Part shown: piece by piece, positions 22,987 to 35,742 of the stretch
Position numbering within the stretch: position 1 is the first letter of the stretch
How the letters are laid out: every line of letters begins with the position of its first letter
Source of the DNA: Chiloscyllium plagiosum
Taxonomy: Eukaryota
Direction of reading: 5' to 3'
DNA length: 64,000 bases
NCBI RefSeq assembly: GCF_004010195.1
Contig: NC_057751.1
Span: forward strand, 3,685,707 to 3,749,706
The notes under the pieces: generated by a model
What the model saw: the letters and a program-made list of their open reading frames with translations, nothing else
What the model was told of the DNA's origin: nothing
The model's database searches: none
Program-made: the position numbers and the translations under genes

Positions 22987-25594
22987 CCAGGGATGTTCCT
23001 TGGTCCATTCGGTGAGCTTGGAGCTTGTCCCTTCATGCAACGTGTTCTCGCTGCAGAAGTGCAATAATATTTGCTGGTGCAGCATAAGATACAGCACTAT
23101 AGTGCAGAACTGTCCTGTTGATGGTTCAGAGATGTGCCATGAGGCTTCCGAGAGGTTGGTATACATGCCAATACTCATGGACATGGGGTGCATGTGACAT
23201 TAATCCCTGTGCCCAACATGAATGTCCTTTGAAGCAAGCTGTAAGCTAAATCACCAGGTACCTGCTCTAAGCATCAGGTCAAAGATTCTTGGCATTTTGA
23301 TACTTTGAGATGATTGGAAAGATAGGAAGCTGCTTCTTAATGCAGTGAGATGTGCTGTCAATGAAGTTGGTAACAAGCAATAATCCTACTTAATAGATAA
23401 CCCGTTGCTGCCTACTGAGAAACTCGCCTCAGGTGTCTAGCAGATGCATAGAAGAGGTGGCAAGTTGCTCCCGATGTCAACAAAGATTTCACCAAGCTCA
23501 TTCTGCCATTCTGCCGGAAATCTTGCCAGAACCCACATTGTTCAGGCACCTATGAGATTCCATCCAGTGAGTTGTGGGAACCCAGAGGCTACAGTTGACA
23601 GGTTGCTGAGTTAACGTGGTGAAACCTCATTTAAAATGTGGACACAGAAATTTTTAAAAGGGAAAAAATTGACATAAGTATGACAAGTATGACAAGAGGA
23701 AGTTGGGTATACAGCAAATGGACATAAATACAGGTCTATTTATCAGATGTGGATAGATGTTCACAGAACGCTCAAAGATGCAGTCCCTCAACGTCAAGGT
23801 CTGATACTTGGAGGCCATTGATCGACTCGGAGATATATGAGAATAGTTTGTAGGGTGGGAGAAGCAGATTATATTATTTTTCCTTGCACACCTCCCAACA
23901 AATAGTTTGAACTGAATGCTGAGAGACTGTGTGCCGACATCTGATTTTTTGTTGTGGAGTATGTTTGGTGTGAGATGACGGGGGCTCGAGAGCAGAGGGG
24001 GAGGAAAATAGCTAACTGTACAGCAATTACCACATTTAAATTTTGCTGTGAGATGTAAATAATGGCTTGGCATTTCCACAAATTTTTCCAGCCTGCTATT
24101 TTGTTTCAAAAGAAATTAGTTAATTTTTAAAAAATTATAACCAAAGGAATTGTCTCCAAGCTGCTTCTGTTATTGCACAACATGAGTTTTCCCTTTGTTA
24201 CCTTCAAATTTTACTTTAATGAAACATGACACAAAAAAACTGTTTCTATGTAATTGGTGTTCATCTATGTACCAAGCTTATTTTCAGTTTTATTAACAGA
24301 AGTTAAGACCAATGCAGTGTTCTCATTCTTCCTGCCACCAAATTGCCACTTGACTGACACAAAAGCTTCTGTGCATGTCGAATATGAGTGGAGTACAATG
24401 TGAAAAGAAATTGGATGATATTTAATTCTGAAAACTGAAGACAAACTAATTAGCCAAATACGCTAATTGTGACATCGAGTTATAAATTTGTACTCATCAT
24501 TTTTTGGTGCAGGAAGAAACATGTTTATCACACTGCAGTGAATGTAAACCACTTGATGAATTTGACTCGGCCTTTACAGTTTATGAATGAAGTTCGGCAC
24601 AGTGCAATTGAACGCTTGAATACACCCCTGGAGCTATTTATGAATGTATTTGAGACTGATGAGAAATTCAAAAGAAGGTACACACAAAGAAATGGCATCA
24701 GACCTGTGGTGAATAGCCAGCTGCAGCATTCATGTCAGTATTCCAAGAATGTGTTTCAGGAACAGAAACAAATAAATTACTGTTGACGTTTCTGTGCACT
24801 GAAAGACAATTGCAGTGTACTTAATTTCACATTTCCAAATGCAATTGTACTTTGCATGAGTCACTGAATTTGTTTTTAGTTTTATTCTTCTGTGAAAGGA
24901 GACATTCAGAAAGACTTTAAGAAAACTTGCCCTATTGGCACTATTCATAGAAAAAAAAATCAGGAGGAGAATATCCCTTTAAGATCCTGAGACAGTCTCC
25001 TTATTCTATGAGAATAAATAAGCACACCTCCTCTTCTGACTAAGTCACTGAGCAATACTTGTGTCATAGCACTGGAGGAGTGTTTGTGCAAGGCCCTTAC
25101 TCTCAGTTGAGGGTGGCTTTGTAGAGTTGAGTGGCTGTGATGGGGGTGGAAAGCAGCACATAAAGGAAGAGGTGATCTGTGAAAGCTTACCTGAGAGTAC
25201 TGTGCCTTGAATAAACCCAGTTTGGAGATCTTTACCCTGTTGGTAAAAATAAGAAGATAAGAGACACACAATATTACTCTTCTGACTTTTTGAAAAAATA
25301 GTGTTATGCTGTTCAAACATTAAATCTCCTGATAGATTCAGATTTTATCATCATCTACTACCGAAGTCCCTCACACTGGATCAGCCTCTAAGAATGAAAG
25401 TTTGTTAATCTGGGTCATTGCTGTGATAATTTTAAACACTGAGAACATGAGCAGAAATAAAACTCTATCTTTTCTGCCATTGCAAGAACTGACATCCAAC
25501 ACTGAGTACCAGTCCTTCCCATATCAGCCATCCCTAAGGCTTCAAAAGCAATCCTGATAAAATGGACTGACAAACTGGTGTCTGATTTGAGTAC

Positions 25595-26150
25595 TTTTTC
25601 ATTATCCATTCAGGAGTTGTGTGCATTGCTGGCTAGGTCAGCATTTAATGCTCAATCCTTATTACTTTCAAGAAGATGGAGGTGAGCTAGCTTCTTGATC
25701 AGCTGCAATGCTGTTTGTGAGGGAGCTCCAGAATTTTGACCAAGTGACAGTGTTACCAGCTGTCTACCCTTGTCCTTTCAGATGGTAGTGATCACTGATT
25801 GGAAGATGCTAAAGAGCCTTGGTGATTTTCTACAGTACATCTTCTAGACAGTACACACTGATCCTAATTGGTGGGAGGACTGAATATTTGTGAATGTAGT
25901 GCTAACTGAGTCAGCTGCTTTGTCTTGGACGGTGTCAAGCTTCTTGAACATTATTGGGACTGCACTCATTCAGGTAAATGGGGAGTATCTCATCACAGTC
26001 CTGACTTGTGCCTTATAAATGGTGGACAGGCTTTGGGGAGTCAGGAGGTGAGTTACTCGCTGCAGGATTTCATCCTCTGACCTGCTCTTGAAGCCACGGT
26101 ATTTATTTAGCTAGTCCAGTTCAGTTTCTGCTGAAGGATAACTCCCAAGT
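25595..26150 (-). mobile_element. L2/CR1-group LINE 3' fragment
   Basis: Reverse-complement similarity to 20480-21050, for example ggaggtgagttactcgc versus gtgagtaactcacctcc. Confidence 0.8.
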
Positions 26151-26414
26151 TAAACTCAAATTAATTCACATAGAATCCTTAAAATGAGAATGGAGCTGCT
26201 CGAGATTTAAACATAAATTCTTGATATAAAAGGAGGTGAGCCAACTTGCCACATCAACAGTCCCCATAAACAATAAAGCAATGTACACAACGATGGAAGA
26301 ATAACAACAACAGGAGACAATGAGGACTAAAAGTCTGATAATCGCTTCCTTCTACCTGACATGAGCAAGTGTAAACCCATTTATACATTCAACAGAAAAT
26401 CATGCAATGTTGAT

Positions 26415-27012
26415 GATTTGATTTGATTTAATATATTTACTGTTGTGTGTGTTTTGTTTCAAAATACAGTGAAGTGTGTTGTAAAGTATCACCACTCTTC
26501 AGCGCCATCTTAAAACAAAGGAAAATAAATTAAAACATAGAATATAAAGGGAGAAAAATAAAGAAATTATAAAACTGTTCAACTTTACAGTCCTTCTTAC
26601 GAAGGTGCTCCACCATGAGTCATGGACCTGGTGGCCAGGCACGAGTCCCTTTGCTGAGCCTCTGGAATGAAACTCGACACTCTTTGGTGCTGTCTCGATT
26701 CTGTCTCGATACTGACACCCACGTCACAGTGAATTCTCACTGGACCTTGACAATGTAGATGGCACTGACGCCGGGTACTGCATCACCCAAACTCGACTTT
26801 GCTGCTGCCATGAGTCCGCTTCAGGCCCACCTCACCAATGCAGCCTCTGCATTAGAGTCTCGTACTGGGCCCAAACACACCTCCATTGCTGCCTCCATGA
26901 ATCTGTGCTGGACTGAGATACTGCTGGGAACCAAACTCACTTCCATCACAGCAGCCATGAGTCAGCGCTAGCAATGCCTCATCAATGCAGCCAGACACTC
27001 TTTGGTGCCGAT
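26415..27012 (-). mobile_element. Non-coding retroposon with an (AATCA)n-type tail and internal degenerate repeats (Rex1/Babar-like tail)
   Basis: The minus strand ends cacttcactgtatttt...aaatcaaatcaaat and contains aagatggcg. Internal ccaaac..c...gc.gccatga units are present. Confidence 0.45.
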
Positions 27013-27207
27013 TTCTAATGACAAATCATGCATTAATTTTGCTTCTCTTTTTATAGATGCTTCCAGACATGCTGAGTATGATCAGAGTTTTCCATTTTCA
27101 GAAAGTGTACTCACTCAGGATAATTTTAATTTGATGTAAAAGTCTGAAACAGGTGCTTGGGAACAGGCAGCCCATATTAGGGTGGCATGGTTACACGTCT
27201 CATGAGT

Positions 27208-27502
27208 TTTAGATTTGATTAGATTCCCTACAGCATGTAAACAGGCCTTTGGCCCAACAAGCCCACACCGACCCCCCGAAGAATCACCCACCCAGACCCA
27301 TTCCCCTAACTAATGCGCCTAACACTATGGGCAATTTAGCATGGCCAATTCACCTGACCTGCACATCTTTGGACTGTGGGAGGAAACCCACGCAGACACG
27401 GGAGAATGTACAAACTCCACACAGACAGTTGCCTGAGGCAGGAATTGAACCCACGTCCCTGGCACGGTGAGGCAGCAGTGCTAACCAAAGAGTCACCGTA
27501 CC
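27208..27502 (-). mobile_element. HE1-type SINE (tRNA head, V domain, CR1-like tail)
   Basis: The minus strand has A/B boxes (tggttagcactgctgcc, gggttcaattcc), tccccgtgtctgcgtgggtttcctcc and the tail gggaatctaatc. Confidence 0.9.
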
Positions 27503-29582
27503 TGGTCAGTGACATCTCCAACCCATGAATGAAGAAATGAACAGTGAATTTTCTAGGTTCCTGACTGTAAGGGGAACAGGTTAATAAATAATTGCATTGA
27601 CAGGAAAGGTAATTAAGAACTAAAATAAGCAGAGTAGCTGTGAGTCAACAAAAATCCTTTTTATGGCCATAGCAGTAATTTAACTGATAGAGTGGCAAAG
27701 CAGTGAGGTGGAAGCAGAACACTGCTAGTGAAGGGATGGACAATAAAAAATACAAAGATATGGCTGAGGAAAGGGTGTGCAATTTCCTTGAATTTACCCA
27801 GAAACCTCAAAAATCTACATCATCTGAAAAGATTGGGGTTGTGAACAAATATGTAATAATGTGAATTAAATATTCACTGTCACACAAGTAATCATTAACA
27901 AAGCACAGCACAATAGTGAAAACATCTCTATCCATTTTATTTTTTGTACAAACAAGAGCACAGTGAATATGGAGATTTTCCCATGAGATATATGTAACCC
28001 ACCAGGAATTTGCTTTTCCACTTGGGTTTCAAGTACCTTCAGCAGCAACGTGATCACATTTGAGTTTCATTTCAAGATGTTACTTAGATTGCAGAACAAT
28101 GTGACATTGTACTTTACATTTCTATGTGCAGATCAAGCACAGGGGTCCGTGTGTGGTCTATAAATACTGCTATTAATTGCGAAGTCTTAGAATGTTGAAA
28201 TCATAGTCCTCCAACTGCTACCTTAACGAAGTCATGGTTACAATTAACTGAACCACAATAGCATACATAGCAATAGCATTTTGAGAGCACTGATTATTCA
28301 TGTCAACCCAGTGACAAAAACATTGTTAACTGATACATTTACATGTATCTCCCTGACTGAAGCACTCAAAAATGAGTGTTGAAACCAATTTCTTGTTATG
28401 TATAATGTACTTTTGTACAATTCTGAAAAGAATTTTGCAGGGGCAGACGTGAAAAAGTAAACTCCCCTATCATTTCTACAGAAATTCAGAATCACATTCT
28501 TCTGTTATAAACAATCAAGTAGTCAAAAATAAAGCAATTAGTTGAAAGATTGCCCTTGTACCAAGGGGTTGAGTTTAAATCTTGGCCAGGAGCAGTGATC
28601 ATGATTTTTTTCAACTTCCAAGTAATCTTGGAACAGTCTTAGCTTCATTTCGTGAATGCAAGCATGCCCACTGAAAAAAAAATGCTTGGAAACACAGCAT
28701 AGTTCAGCTCATTTTATCATTTCAAATCTTACTTGATCACTTTCAAATTTCTGTCTTTTGCAGCATTGTCTGTTGCAACTTGATGCATATATTTCAGTTT
28801 CACATTTTGTCTGAAATGTGTCTCTTACTGCTTTCGCAGTCCAGGTCCAGATCCCTGGAATCTCCAACGTTTGTTATCCACACAAATGTATTTTCCATTT
28901 TTTAAAAACAATTTTTGACAAAAAATAATAGTTGTGTAATCAAGATCGTTCCTCCTTCTAAACTCTGATTCATCGTCACAACTTTAGGAGAATGGAGTTG
29001 AAGGAATAACCTTGAAAAGTTGTAATTTCAGTGAACATTAGAAATTTCCGATTTTACACCGTACTTCTATAATTTACATAGATAAGCAATAAGCACATAA
29101 ATTGTCACTGAGGAGATTTTCACCTGTTCTGGAACAAATATCCCTATAACTCTGATAAGTATGCCACAATGGACTGAAGCGATGACAGAGACATTAAAAG
29201 TGATCACAGATTGAACAGGGATCTTGAATTATTTGAGTTTGGTGCAAAAAAGGAAACGTTAAAGATTATCATTAGTTTTTAACTGCATTGCTTCACACGA
29301 TTCTGAGAGGAAAAAGAATTTCCAAAAGCTTGAAGAGAAATAAGATTTATATAGAGCCAAATTTTGAATAAATAGGATAAAAAAATTAAATACACAATTC
29401 CAAAATCAATGATATGTGGCTATTGACATGTAGTCAGACAGCCTTTCTACCTTCTTGTTCATAAAAACAGTAAAATTAAACAGTTGAAAACCACCAATAA
29501 TTACTCCAATGGTTCTGAATCAAACTTCTCAATAACCAATCCCAGACTTCACAAATAATTAATTCCAGGTACTGGTTTTGTC

Positions 29583-29745
29583 ATAAAATCATAGAGCTGC
29601 ACAACATGGGAACTGACTCTTCGGTCCAACTAAATTAATCTTGTTCCATTTGCCAGCACTTGGCCCATATGCCACTAAACCTATCCTATTCATGTACCCA
29701 TCCTGGTGCCTTTCAAATGTTGTAATTGTACCAACCTCCACCACA
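29583..29745 (-). mobile_element. CR1 3' terminal fragment
   Basis: Matches the CR1 3' UTR seen at 44255-44420 and 7200-7396. Confidence 0.8.
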
Positions 29746-30284
29746 TTTTGGATCCCAAACAAAAGATTTGTTTGTTAAATACCCAGTAACTTTGCCAGAG
29801 CTTAACTTCAATAACAAGGTAAGCTAATGTCTATGCATTAAACCTGAAACATTTGTTTTCAGCCCCATTCATATGAAAGACAGCTAAGACAAACAAACAC
29901 AATGAAAATAACAAAACTGGCCAGATTACTTAAGTCAATTTCAACATGCAACGATTAACTAGACTCACTATGCTTTTTTTAAACATTGATCAGGTTCTCC
30001 TTTTCAGTTCACCCAGGCAAAGGTAAAAATTTAATTCAGCCTTCTACACTTTGGGCTTCTGGAAGCTGATGCAGCAGATTAGGCAGGGAGCTTTCAAACC
30101 TTCATGATGTCTCAGCAACAACGAAAAGCTGTTTCTCCAGAAAATGTAGTTAAAAACAAATTTCAATCCTTGTTTCAACCGGACAGACTTATTATCTGTT
30201 CCAAAGGCAATAATTACCATTTGCTTGAACATACAGTCTCTTCCAGACTTGCCAGAACCAATTCCTAAGTTCTGACCTTATTAA

Positions 30285-30415
30285 GAAGGCAAAAGTGAGG
30301 ACTGCAGCTGCTAGAAATTAGAGTTGAGAGTGTGGTGCTGGAAAAACATAGCAGGTCAGGCAGCATCTGAGGAGCAGGAAAATCCATGTTTCAGGCAAAA
30401 GCCCTTCATCAGGAA
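30285..30415 (-). mobile_element. Short PLE family-A pLTR-only insertion
   Basis: The reverse complement starts ttcCTGATGAagggcttttgcctGAAACatg. 14-bp TSD tctgacctt(a/g)ttaa at 30271-30284 and 30416-30429. Confidence 0.85.
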
Positions 30416-30974
30416 TCTGACCTTGTTAACAGCCAACTTCTGTGATCTGTTTAAGCATATTGCTCTTCCCAAGGTTTCTGGGTCTCTTCAGAACTCTGTT
30501 ATCGAGAATCAGCCCACAGTGAGACTCCAGTCCCAGCCTCACAAGCAAACTAAACCTTGTTTTGTCTGTTCTTTTCCTTTTATCGCAAGCTGTCCCAAAG
30601 CCCACAAGTCAATTCCAGCTCTCAATTCAAACTGACACAAGAATAAAATTAAAAATAACTTAAAATCAGAATTGATTCTAATGTGGCATATGTATAGTGT
30701 GTTGTGAAAGAGAACTGAAACATGTATTTTGTGTTTGCATATTCTGAAGTCCAAACAACGGCTCTTCAAAAAAGTTGGAACAATCTGATAATGGAGATGG
30801 TGTGGGGAATGCAAAATAGCAGAAAAAGTGAAATGTGGACCAAGTCAAGCGATTTTCAATCCAGCTAGAGAATATGGTAATGACAATAAATTATTTGTGA
30901 AACGAAACCTCAATTCAGTATCAAATTGCTCCAGCAAAGCAGAGCACTAAGTTTAGCTAGGGAGGTTGGAACAG

Positions 30975-31100
30975 GCTGACAAAGGGCTTATGCCCGAAAC
31001 GTTGATTCTCCTGCTTCTCGGTTGCTGCCTGACCTGCAGTGCTTTTCCAGCACCACACTCTTGACTCTGATCTCCAGCATGTGCAGTCTTCACTTTCTCT
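30975..31100 (+). mobile_element. Short PLE family-A pLTR-only insertion
   Basis: gCTGACAAagggcttatgcccGAAACgtt plus the conserved tail. Flanked by the imperfect repeat ttagct..ggaggttg. Confidence 0.8.
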
Positions 31101-31739
31101 TAGCTCAGGAGGTTGCCAATTCCATAATAATCGTGGCATTTTATTCAAGCAACACATCTGCAGCTCATAAGCTGAATTACAGCACAAGTGATCTTGAAAA
31201 ATAAATGAACAAACGATAATCAGGCTACAAATGTGCAAACATTAAAGGGTCAGCAACTTGAAATATTCACCATGTTGCGTTTGACAGTTGCTGCATGATC
31301 TGCTGAGTGTTCATTGTTTTTATCGCAGATTTCAGTCATGTACAATATTTTGAGGGCAATACAGAGAATGAGCAGTTTGGAAATTAGGTTGTGGAGATAT
31401 GCAAGGTGCATTTTGAAATAGATTTTGAAAGCGGTCAGGATATTACCATATCATAGTCAGAGATTCACAAATTGTGTGAACTTGGGATCAAGAAGTGGAA
31501 GTTGAACAGCACAAGTATGAATAAGAGGGTGCAAAGCTTCATGGAGAACATAAGTGGGAAAGAAAAGGTACCAGGCTGAAAGTGTAAAAGTGCCATGAAA
31601 AAACTCGGTTTTGAAACCAAAAATGTCTGCGAGCTTCTCAGATTTAACCCAGTTTTGTGGAGAGTTATGAAAAAATCTCTGCAGGAGAAAAGAGAAACAT
31701 GGACTGCAGGGAAATAGATCATCATAAGGAAAGTTTAAT

Positions 31740-32180
31740 GACAATCGAGATTTTTGATAAGAGATTGAATGGACTGGGGTTTTTGTTTCCTTGGAGCAGA
31801 GGAAACTGAGAAGGGACATGATTGAGGGGAATAAAATTGAGGGACACAGATAGGGTAGATGGTAAGACACAATTCCCCTTGGTGGAGAAATCAATGACTA
31901 GGGTACAGATGAAAGGTCAGGGGCAAGAGCTTTGGAGGCGATATAAGGAAAGCATTTTTCATCCAGAATCTGGAATTCACCGTTTTTCAGGGTGGGACAG
32001 ACAGCAACCCTCATAACATTTCAGAAATACTTAGATGTACATGTGATGCCAAGGTATACAAGGCTAAGGGCTAAATTTTGGAAAATGGGATTAGAATAAT
32101 TAGGTTGTTGTTTTTGACTGGCATCGACTTCATGGGCTGAAGGGCCTTTCTGTGCTGAAGACCTCGAAGATTCTGTGACG
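31740..32180 (+). mobile_element. CR1 3' fragment
   Basis: Decayed RL..LG.FSLEQRKLRRDMIE region and the CR1 3' UTR (gggctgaagggcctttctgtgctg). Confidence 0.8.
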
Positions 32181-32554
32181 TAACGAAGGCATGTGACTAA
32201 TTATGCTCTATCAGAAAAAGAAAGCAACATGACATTGCTGCACAGAAGATGCAAACCTCTACCCTATTTGAATGAAGCTCAGGCATGAAAGGTCCCACCG
32301 CCATTAATTCCAAATGGGTCAAGGGCTTGCTTTGCTGCTTTTTAAACCAAGAGATAAAATTTGAGACTTTGGCATTTGCAACTGGAAGCTTTCGGTTACA
32401 ATTATATGCTCTGTGTTTTTCTTTTCACCACATTATTTCATGCAGTCACTTGCAACAAAGCACAGTTTCACTACCTTACCGTGCAATAGTGGAAACAATT
32501 TGTGAAGCCTGTTCAGAGCAAACCTTTGTAACTCATCATCCTCTTTTCTTAGAA

Positions 32555-34950
32555 GCATGCAGGCAGTTTAAATGTTTCAGGGGCGTGCTCACACCCCAAG
32601 TTGAGGCAGACAGATGGGTGGCTGTGTGAAGGGGCAGGCAGTCAGTGCAGGAGACCCTGGGGCTATCCCCTTTCAAACAACTGTACCACTTTGGATACTG
32701 TTTTTGACGGGGGGTGGGGGGATAATTTATCAGGAGATGGTGACAGTAGCAGCCAGAACAGTAGCATCATAATTAGCTCTATCATACAGCAAGGAGAGTT
32801 GAAGTGCAGGTGAGCAGTGGGGTCAGGTCGTCTATAGTAAGGGGCACAGACTGACATTTCTGTGGCTACAAATGAGACCTCAGGATGTGTTGCCTCCTTG
32901 CTGCCAGGGTCAAGAGTGTCTCTGAGTGGATACAGAACATTCTGAAAGGGGAGAGTGTACAGCCAGAGGTTGTGGTCCATACTGGTCCTAGTGATACAGA
33001 CAGGATGGATGATGAGTTCCTGCAAAAGAAATTTAGGAGGTTCGGCATAAAGTTAAAAACAAGAACCTCTTAGGGTTGTAATCTGAGAATTATTCCTCAT
33101 GCTAGCGAGATGATCATAGGAAGATAGTTCAGACGAATAGGTGGCTAAAGAAGTGATATACGAAGGAGGGATTCATATATCTGGATAACTGTGATCTCAT
33201 CCAGGGCAGGAGGGATCTGAAACAAAAAGGATGGGTTATGCCTGAATTGGGAGGCACCACAATCATTGCGGGGAGATTTAGTTGTGCCACGTAGGAAGGT
33301 TTAAACTTGTATAACAGACTGGGAACTGGAGCTACAGGCCCACATGTGAGAAGGTATAACATAATAAGATGAGGAAGCAGGGCTGATTTAATGAATGAGG
33401 TGGGACTACAAAACGCTTACAGAGTAAGACAGGAGGAAGAAATAATCTTGAAGGACACTTTAAGAGTGTACAGCCAAAATTCAAATTCTTTCTACAAATG
33501 CACGGACTGTAAGCAAAAGTTAGCGGCCGACATAGATTCAAATTGGAAACTATGCTCTCATAGTCATTTTGCAGACATTGTTGCAAGGTGGTCAGGATAA
33601 GGCACTAAATATATCAGGTTATAAGGTTCACAGGAAGAATAGAGAAAACAGCGGAAGGGGTGCAATAATATTACTGATTCGAAACTGAGGGAGAACGTCA
33701 TGAGGGGAAAACCTCTAGTGAGACCTGATACTAGATTGTACAAATGCTGAAATTAGGCAGCTGTATAGCTAAGGCAGAGATTGGGAGAGACAGAGAAGCA
33801 CCTGACAGAAAGACTGTGAATTCCTACAGCACATCCAGGACAGTTTCCTATGGCAAAGTACAAGTAATACAGGATCTCGTAATAAGCAATGACCAAGTTG
33901 TTCATAAGCATTTGACAAATAGTGAGCATAACATGATTGAGTTTCATGTCGTGTTTATTGGACATAAGCGAAGATCAGATGGTAGAATTTTGGATTTAAG
34001 TGAAGCAGACTTTAGTGAGATGAGACACAGACTGTCCACAGTAAACTGGGAATTTCTGCTAATAGGTAAAACAGCTGAGGAAGAGTAGAGTGTTTAAAGA
34101 AACATTTAATGCAATTCAGAAGCAGTTTGTACCCAAGGGTAGGAAAATCTCAACCTCTCAAAAAAAAGTGATGGGCATCTAAGGAGATAATGGACAGAAT
34201 AAAATTAAAAGAAAGGGCTTATAAAAACGCAAAGAACAGTACAGACCCCACAGAATGGGACCAATACAAAGACCATCAAAAGGGTCGCAACTTATATTGG
34301 CAGTTAGAAAGGATTATGAAAGGAAACTTTCAAGGGACATGAAAGACACTGTGAAGAGATTCTATAGTTATATAAAGGGAAAGCAGCTGGTTATAGGTGC
34401 GATTGGTCTACTGAAGGCTCTAAGTGGGGATACTGTCAATGACCAAGGGGAAATCGCAGGCATGCTGAACAACTATTTTGCTTCATTATTTACAGCAGAA
34501 AAACAGGGTAACTTGCCTCCTGTCCCAAAGAAATTAACGGAGCATCAAGGACAGGGTCGAAATAAAATTTACTTCAGTAAATCATCAATAATGGGGAAAT
34601 TAATGGCCAAATTCATGAAGATTGCCAAATCTCTAGAAGCTCATGGTTTCCATCCAGAGGTGTTAAAGGAGGTAGGTGAGCACATTGACAATGCCCTCAC
34701 CATAATCTCTCTGAGTTCCCTGGATTCAGGAGTTGTACTTCTGGGCTGGAATTTGCTCACATCACTCCAACTTTTAGAAAGGTGACAGAGGGAAACCTGG
34801 GAATTACAGACCAGTGAGCCTGACATCTGTGGTGGGGAAATTGTTGCAGTCAGAAATGCATAATAGAATAACGGATCACGATGAAAAAATTCAGTTAATC
34901 AGGGAGAATCAGCAAGGAGTCATGAAAGGAATATCATTCCTGACAAATCT
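32555..34950 (+). mobile_element. Old CR1 LINE: ORF1 esterase, endonuclease and RT start
   Basis: SIVRGTD, CCLLAARVKSVSE, VVVHTGPSD, SEHNMIEF, MLNNYFASLFT, HPEVLKEV, NYRPVSLTSVVGKLL and QQGVMKGISFLTNL. Confidence 0.88.
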
Positions 34951-35105
34951 CTCAGAGATAAAAACTCAGCAGTCTTGTGGGGGAGGGTGGGGTTGTAAGG
35001 ACATGGGAGAAGATGCTTTGGCCCAAAAATTATTGAACTTGATTTTGAGTCCGAAAGACTACAGGGTTCCCAAAGTGGAACATGAGCTGCTGTTCTCCCA
35101 ACGTT
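34950..35105 (-). mobile_element. PLE 3' ORF fragment
   Basis: The reverse complement resembles the EQ.L.F.LGTL...G.N C-terminus of the PLE ORFs elsewhere in the window. Confidence 0.5.
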
Positions 35106-35159
35106 TGGTGGAAGTGTGTGCAGCTTCAGTGATAAACTGGACTTAACCAGATGGAGCAG

Positions 35160-35375
35160 AAAAGATCAGTGACCTTCTTCTGACACAGCTGGGCTTTGCT
35201 CCAGACTGGTTGGACTGCACTGAACTGGGTGGCAATCACAGACCAGACTGGCAAGATCTAGCAACATGGTCTCCTCTGCCAGTCCTTGGGGGAGTAGAAG
35301 GTTCTCCCTCTGCAGCACCCTATCCACCAGTACTTCCAGATCTCTGCCTGCAAAGAGAGGCATCAATATTCCTTT
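35160..35375 (-). pseudogene. Second Myb/SANT-like relic (same family as 21870-22085)
   Basis: PLFAGRDLEVLVDRVLQRENLLLPQ / DWQRRP..ILPVWSVIATQFSAV..WSKAQLCQKKVTDL across a frameshift. Confidence 0.6.
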
Positions 35376-35601
35376 CTCTGCCAAGTTTGGGTCTAATGTT
35401 ATGAACTGCGCAGAGCAGCTCTGAACAGACAGTAATTGTCGAAGTGTGCAACATCCTTTCAAAGGTAATGACAAGGATGAAGGTCTATTGTAAAGTATCC
35501 TAATAGCGATGAATTCTTCTGGCTATGGCAAGTGGTAGGATCCAGACAGGATTGGATGAGAGGTTTGATATGGGGGTGAGGTAGGTCAGGTAGTCCAGGA
35601 A

Positions 35602-35742
35602 CCCTGCACGGCCCGATTCTACCTCCTTCCCAAGATCCACAAGCCTGACCACCCCAGCCGATCCATTGTCTCAGCCTGCTCCTGCCCCACCGAACTCATT
35701 GCCACCTACCTCGATACTGTCCTATCCCCCCTAGTCCAGGAA
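35602..35742 (+). mobile_element. Internal PLE RT fragment
   Basis: ARFYLLPKIHKPDHPSRSIVSACSCPTELIATYLDTVLSPLVQE, the PLE RT motif 1/2 region. Confidence 0.85.

Noticed and set aside
24469..24786. 105-aa ORF with an acceptor-like tttttggtgcag
   Set aside because: No recognisable domain and no convincing downstream donor.
28550..28700. Possible LF-SINE-like ancient repeat
   Set aside because: Only a B-box-like motif and vague resemblance, so it cannot be supported without a profile search.
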